Below are positions 58,098 to 64,000 of a stretch of DNA of 64,000 bases, piece after piece. The notes beneath the pieces were generated by a model. The model saw only the letters and a program-made list of their open reading frames with translations, ran no database searches and was not told the origin of the DNA. This DNA comes from Octopus vulgaris. Lineage: Eukaryota. The first letter of the stretch is position 1, and every line of letters starts with the position of its first letter. The stretch spans positions 3,534,001 through 3,598,000 of the forward strand of contig OX597818.1 of assembly GCA_951406725.2 (NCBI GenBank), written 5' to 3'. Made by a program: the position numbers and the translations under genes.

Positions 58098-58902
58098 TTA
58101 TTTCCCTTAGGTATAGTGATACAAATAACCTGGTGTTAGAACTCAATATACACATACTTCAGAACAAAAGCATCAGTGGAGGACAGAGCAATAAGAAATT
58201 AAAATAACAAGGGAATAAGAAATTGTCTTGCACTTCATTAACTTACAATGCAATGCACTCATAGTTGAATGCATATGTATGACCCTTTGACTTCATCAGA
58301 GCTTCTTGAATGAAGTGCAGTTTTATCTGAGAAAGCATTTACATGTATGATTGATCACTAGCCACTAAACCTTTTTTTATTTTCTCTCTGTTTATTTCTG
58401 TGTTCCTTTCTGTTGAAGAGTGTAGGCTCAAAATGTAAAAGACTTTCTCACTTCCCGAGCATTAAACTAATACATCTGTTTGTTGTTTACACACCCGTCT
58501 TCGTTTTTTGTTTTGTTTTATTTTTTTTTGTAAATTCCAGTTATATATATATATATTCATCATCACCTGTTTCTGCCTCCCTGTCTCTCAGTCACACTCT
58601 AACCTTTCATCATCAGGCAGAAGATCCTGTCCTCTAATGTCCCTTCCCCTCTCAAAATTCCTTGTCTTGCAAGTTACTTGGTGACCCTACTGGTGCTGGT
58701 GCCATGTAAAAAGCTCTCAGTCCACTCTGCAGAGTGGTTGGTGTTAGGAAGGACATCCAACTGTAAAATACCCTGCTAAAATAGACACAGTAGCCTGGGG
58801 TAGTCTTCTACCTGGCCAGCTCCTGACAACCATCCTACCCATGCATGCATGGAAGACAGATGTTAAACGATGATGATGATATGTATATATATATATATAT
58901 AT

Positions 58903-59257
58903 ATACTCTTTTACTCTCTCTTTTACTTGTTTCAGTCATTTGACTGCGGCCATGCTGGAGCACCACCTTTTAGTACTTATTCTATCGGTCTCTTTTTGCC
59001 GAACCGCTAAGTGACGGGGACCTAAACACACCAGCATCGGTTGTCAAGCAATGCTAGGGGGACAAACACAGACACACAAACACACAGATATACATATATA
59101 TACATATATACGACAGGCTTCTTTCAGTTTCCGTCTACCAAATCCACTCACAAGGCATTGGTCGACCCGGGGCTATAGCAGAAGACACTTGCCCAAGATG
59201 CTACGCAGTGGGACTGAACCCGGAACCATGTGGTTGGTTAGCAAGCTACTTACCACA
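58903..59257 (-). mobile_element. tRNA/CORE-type SINE, near full length
   Basis: Minus strand: gtggtaagtagcttg..gggttcagtccc, cttgggcaagtgtct, 3' ggtggtgctccagcatggccgcagtcaaatgactgaaac, gagtaaaa tail. Confidence 0.85.
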
Positions 59258-59760
59258 CAACACAAACACACACAGAAAAGCATTACTAACAAAAAAAAAG
59301 CATAAATACAAGTAAGAAATGAAATCTGGAGTTTCAGGGAGAGGAGCCCCTCCTAGAAGTAGGTTAAGAAATGAAGTCAATACACACACACACACACACA
59401 CACGTAAATATATATATTATCATTACTATATAAACTGATAATTGATTCCAAATGGGGAGCTTACTGTGAATGCAGCTTGAGTCAACTTATCTACTATTTT
59501 GTGTGAGTGTCTGTGTGTGCACGCATGCATGTGTATACAAATGCATGTTTTCTCATTGTTATCCTAGAAGTTCACACTTAATTAGAAAATTGTGTGATGA
59601 GGTGGTAAAGTACCAAACAAACCTAATTTCTGTTTTCTTTGGGGGTGGAGAGTGGGGTAGAAGCCGACCCTATTTTATTACCCCTATTATCTTCGTATAT
59701 TCTAGGGAACTTTAACATGACCAACCTACAAGAGGTGGCTTTTTTTTGGGGGGGGGGGGG

Positions 59761-59994
59761 TTAATTTACTTCAATAAAGAGAACAAAAGTAATTCTATCT
59801 TTAAAGAAGCCAACTTTAAACCCTAACTATACTTATTATTTGTACAGTAATTCCAAGACCTAAGACACATAGATCCATGATTTAATGCAGTGATTTAATG
59901 CCAAATACACAACACATATCAATGTGTAGTTGGGTTTGAAGTTGGCTTCTTTAAAGATAGAATTAGTCTTGATCTCCTGATTGAAGTAAATTAA
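59761..59994. repeat. Fold-back (MITE-like) inverted repeat, ~70-bp arms
   Basis: ttaatttacttcaat..aattctatctttaaagaagccaactt pairs with aagttggcttctttaaagatagaatt..ttgaagtaaattaa. Confidence 0.75.
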
Positions 59995-60434
59995 ACCAGA
60001 AAAAAATAGGGTACTGAGGTTTACATAAACCCTCAACACTTATTAATCTTGAAAGTAGATTTGGGATAATATTGAACTCTGGATATAATGAAATACTGTT
60101 AGGCACGTCTGTCTGGTTCTACCATCCACTCCTCTCAGGTCTTTGTTGTTTTTGAAATAAGTGTGTTAGATGTATCTGTTGGGAGAATATTCTCTTAGAA
60201 AAATCATTGAAGTGCTGGTTTTGATATTTGGTGTCTGGTACCACCACAAAGCTACAGCGAATTTAAATAGAATAAATAATTGAAGAAATCTGCTCATAAG
60301 TCTTACACCTGGCATGTTGAACCTTAAAGTTAGACTAACAGAATCAATATAGGCAAGGGAGTCTTTCACAAATTACTATAATACAACCAGTATCATAATC
60401 TTAGCTTGCAGAGACCCCTCTTTTCTCTATCCCC

Positions 60435-60479
<45 letters not shown>

Positions 60480-61514
60480 AAGACTCATAAAATGACTGCA
60501 TACAGGCTGCCATTCTTTACAGCTCTTACAATGGGTGCATGGCCCTTCTATCTTGACTAGTTTCAGCTGCTCGCAATGCATGTCTGTTTTTGTTTTTTTA
60601 CAGTTATTTCACTTCAACTGCAGAAGATTGAAATACTGATGACTATCTCAATCTCTTATATATACTGTTACCTATTCTGTCTGTTCTCTTATAAATACAT
60701 ACACTTTGAATATATACAGTTGTCTAAATTTATATGCATGTTTTCATATAATGCATTTATATACTCTGCCAAATCTTTACCATCTCTCTTATTATTCCTG
60801 ATAGTCTGTATATTTCTATAACCACTGTTTCAACCATCACAAAATAGTCAAAGTCTTTGACAATATATCTTGCTGTAATTAGTATATTGATTCCATACAT
60901 GATGTTTTTATATAAAATGCCAATAATTTTAACAGCCAGTTTCTTCACAGATACAGAAACAGAATCTGTTTAAAGTAACAGTACCCCACTTTCTCTCTCC
61001 ATCCCTCTATATCTCCCATCCTTCCTCCTCAGTCAGCGATATATGACAGGAAGATAAAAGTATTTCTTCCATTTATGTGCAATGACGAGTGTTGACATAA
61101 TATTGTGTGTGTGAGAGAGAGAGAGAGAGAGATGGGGAGAAAGGCTTTGTTCAATTGTAAATATAAGAGGACAATAAGATTCTAAATTACTTGAAAATCA
61201 TCAATGGTGTCACTCTAATCCAACTAATTTGTTGCTTTGATTTCCATGAACACACAACAATGCATTGATTGTTGTTTGTTGACCATCTTATCATGTCTAC
61301 TTTCAGAACATCTCATAATATTTATCTGTCTGTTTCTCTCTCTCTCCCTCTCTCTCTCCATGTAGCTGTTTTATGAAGTGCACACACCTTACACTCAGTA
61401 CTGACCTGTAAGATCTAGTATTGTTTTCCTAACATTCTCTTCACAGCATTGCTAATGTTACTGGTCATATTAATTATTTAGTTCATATTAATCCTGTTGT
61501 ACTTTCACTTTCAG

Positions 61515-61693
61515 CATTGGGACGGATTGGTAGTTTTCGAGAAAAACCCAAACTTCAAACAGGAAGCCTTGAATCTAATCGAACTTTACGTCAGAATGGC
61601 AGCTTGGATCCCAAGGGAGACATTGTTAATAGTTCTGTACAAGGATTACATAAAGTTTCTTTGCATATACTGGGTGAAAAAGCACAAATGAAG
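61515..61693 (+). CDS. SBF2: SBF/MTMR5-13 myotubularin-related pseudophosphatase, internal exon
   Basis: tttcag acceptor, aag|gtaagt donor. ..GLHKVSLHILGEKAQMK resembles SBF ALYI.GEKSQ. In frame with the next exon. Confidence 0.85.
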
Positions 61694-61818
61694 GTAAGTA
61701 TTTTGAACTTTATACATTTTAAACTCCTTTGTCTGTGGCCATACTACCTCAAATGTTTGTAGTTCCTTGAACTATATGATGTGCCATTAGTCATGGTTCC
61801 ATTTCTTCATATTTTCAG

Positions 61819-61995
61819 GGCATCAAAGTTGATTCTTTTCGTCAGTGTGATTTCATTCCTGTCGATTTCTTTGAAGTACGACATATCAAAGCAAGCTTCA
61901 AGAAGTTGATGAAAGCTTGTGTTCCTAGTGCCCCACCGTCCAGTCCTGAGCACACTCTCTACAAAGGAGTTGAAGATTCTGAGTGGCTTTTACAG
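61819..61995 (+). CDS. SBF2: SBF/MTMR5-13 internal exon
   Basis: ttttcag acceptor, cag|gtagaa donor, 59 codons: GIKVDSFRQCDFIPVDFFEVRHIKASFKKLMKACVPS..GVEDSEWLLQ. Missed by the ORF track. Confidence 0.93.
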
Positions 61996-63020
61996 GTAGA
62001 ATTAATAGTACCTTCAGTCTATATATTTTAAACAGTTTTTTGTTGATGATGAGTACCACAGAGTTCACCTGTGTCCTAGCAATCTTGGTTTTGAGTCCTT
62101 TTACATGCCTTAATGTCTTCGGGAAAAGTATGAGCATCATAGACTCCTATTTACTCCTCCTTAAAAATAGAAATAAAAGATTTTTCATTTACAGGTTCAT
62201 CTGTAGCCAATTGTTGAGAGGTTTTAAGCTATTTCTAATCCAATTTTATCCCAATAATAAACTGGATTACTAAATATATGATGTATTTAATTATTTAAAC
62301 ATTTGAGAATAACAATGGTATTTATTTGTAATTGGTGGTTCATTTGTAATTTATCAATTAACTTTTATTTTTCAATTTGGTCAGTGTCCCTAAATGATTT
62401 TATTTCTTTTTTCACTGTCATTGTATTTCTTCATACCCCTCACTTAGAGGTTTGATATGTAGTGCTTGATAAATACTATGGTTATGATCATTTAAATGAT
62501 TCATTGTTTTGGAGCAAGATGGTACATTGGTAGAATTGTTAGAACAGCAGATGAAATGTCTAGCAGTGCTTAGTGATGGCTCTTGACAGGCTAAACTGAG
62601 CTAAGTTCCTCCTTTGCATCACTTTGTCTTTCATCTTTTTAGAGGCTTGATAAAGTACCTGTCTAATCCTGGGGTTGATGTAACTGATGAATCCTTTCCT
62701 ATCAAAATTGCTGGCCTTATACTTATATTAACAACAATTGTTACTTAAGGGGGGCAATGTTTTGCTGCTAAGGACAGAATAAGTTAAAAACCTATATAAA
62801 GTTGTCTCCCATCTGTACAAGAAAATGAGTTTTTTTTTTTCTCTGCGCATAATTATTTTCAGTTAGTTTTGTTAATGCTGTATTCAGATCTACTATTGTT
62901 AAACAGATTCTGTTTCAGGTAAATTTTGTAAACTTTTAAAAAGCGTTGTGTATGTATGTATATATGTATTTATATGTGTATGTGTGTATATATATATAAC
63001 TATACTCCATGATATTACAG

Positions 63021-63125
63021 GTACAAAATGTGATGCAGTTGGCTGGTGCTGTGGTTGATCTCCTGGATGTGCAGGGTTCTTCAGTGATAATTTGTCTAGA
63101 AGATGGTTGGGATGTAACTACTCAG
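63021..63125 (+). CDS. SBF2: SBF/MTMR5-13 exon with inactive phosphatase signature
   Basis: ttacag acceptor, cag|gtaagt donor: VQNVMQLAGAVVDLLDVQGSSVIICLEDGWDVTTQ. LEDGWDVT replaces the active CSDGWDRT. Confidence 0.93.
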
Positions 63126-64000
63126 GTAAGTGATGTACTCAGTGTTTTGCACTATGTACTCACCTCATTATAATAATAACACCTGTTCTACCCTTTGTAG
63201 CTACTCATGTAATTGGTAACCCAAGATGATGTACTCAGGTATTTATATTAATAACAGCTCACCTACTCTACAAGAGTGGGCTGAAAAGTTCATTGGTTGA
63301 CTATGAAGGAGTGGTGCTGGAACTGTGAAACTGTCATGCATGGGAAATGAAAAAATATTCACCTACCTTCTCTCATTTGCACCTGTCCATTTGTATAAGC
63401 CTCTCTCAAGTGCTGCTCAATCTTCACTGCATTCAGTTGTTCTTCATTCATTTTGAGGTACAGTGCCAGTGCACTCCTCTCCAAATACAGCACCATGAGG
63501 CTCGCTACATCTTCCTTGTAGCCTGGCCACAACTTCAACCTTTTGAATCCAGGCTACTACATCACCTTCACCATAGGAAGGTCTGATGATATTACTGCTG
63601 ATCCTTATCTTCACTGCCATCATGTACCAAGGTGACAATGACGTCTGTATACTATTGCCGAAGTAGCTTGTCATGCATGGGAAATGAAAAGAGGTTCACC
63701 TACCTTTCTCTCTCATCTGTACCTGTCTAGTAGTAGTCACTCCAGCGATCCTGCCCTACCCTGTCACCCAGTATAAGCAGATGCTATCTTATCAACCCAG
63801 GAGTGAATTCCCTGATGTCTGTTCACAGTGCCTTGGCTGGCAAGAAGAGGCTGACCCATGTCCTTTCTCCCCCACACTTCCCTTCTCACACTTCCTCTTC
63901 CAGTCAGTCCCTTGACCATTGACGTCATGGCCCACTTCTTCTGGCTCATCCCCACAGAAACCTTGTAAGCATCAATTTCAACACTCCTTATTAGTAACTA

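Noticed and set aside
58400-58450. Hammerhead-like TTGAAGAg..ctcAAAAtgt
   Set aside because: Both core motifs are mutated and the stems are weak; at most a very old relic.
61497-61691. Alternative 64 aa ORF (MYFHFQHWDG..) over the first exon
   Set aside because: Wrong frame; the other frame splices in phase and matches SBF.

Overview
Eukaryotic, AT-rich, repeat-saturated DNA. It is most likely from an octopus or other cephalopod, inferred from the SINE/RTE repertoire and the huge (TA)n arrays. The only host coding sequence I can support is three + strand exons (61515-63125) of an SBF/MTMR5-13 myotubularin pseudophosphatase. The first ~43 kb is a nest of APE-RT non-LTR retrotransposons (at least three related CR1-group-like families plus RTE) sitting in (TA)n microsatellite. 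Interspersed are Penelope-like remnants with hammerhead ribozymes, SINEs, and mariner, piggyBac, hAT and Helitron elements. There is a 100-N gap at 19138-19237 and several probable assembly artefacts. The most notable signals are: (1) a 1.2-kb non-coding element (41204-42395) whose ~320-bp direct repeats each hold hammerhead ribozyme parts in a non-circularly permuted order, making it retrozyme-like; (2) a conserved ORF1/ORF2 junction in the LINEs that looks like a programmed -1 frameshift; (3) a LINE ORF1 with a Myb/SANT-like N-terminus plus CCCH fingers; (4) a covarying 3' double hairpin shared by LINEs and SINEs; and (5) intact hammerheads with long stem II and a near-perfect palindrome with 256-bp arms. 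All YI/IY-repeat ORFs in the track are microsatellite artefacts.
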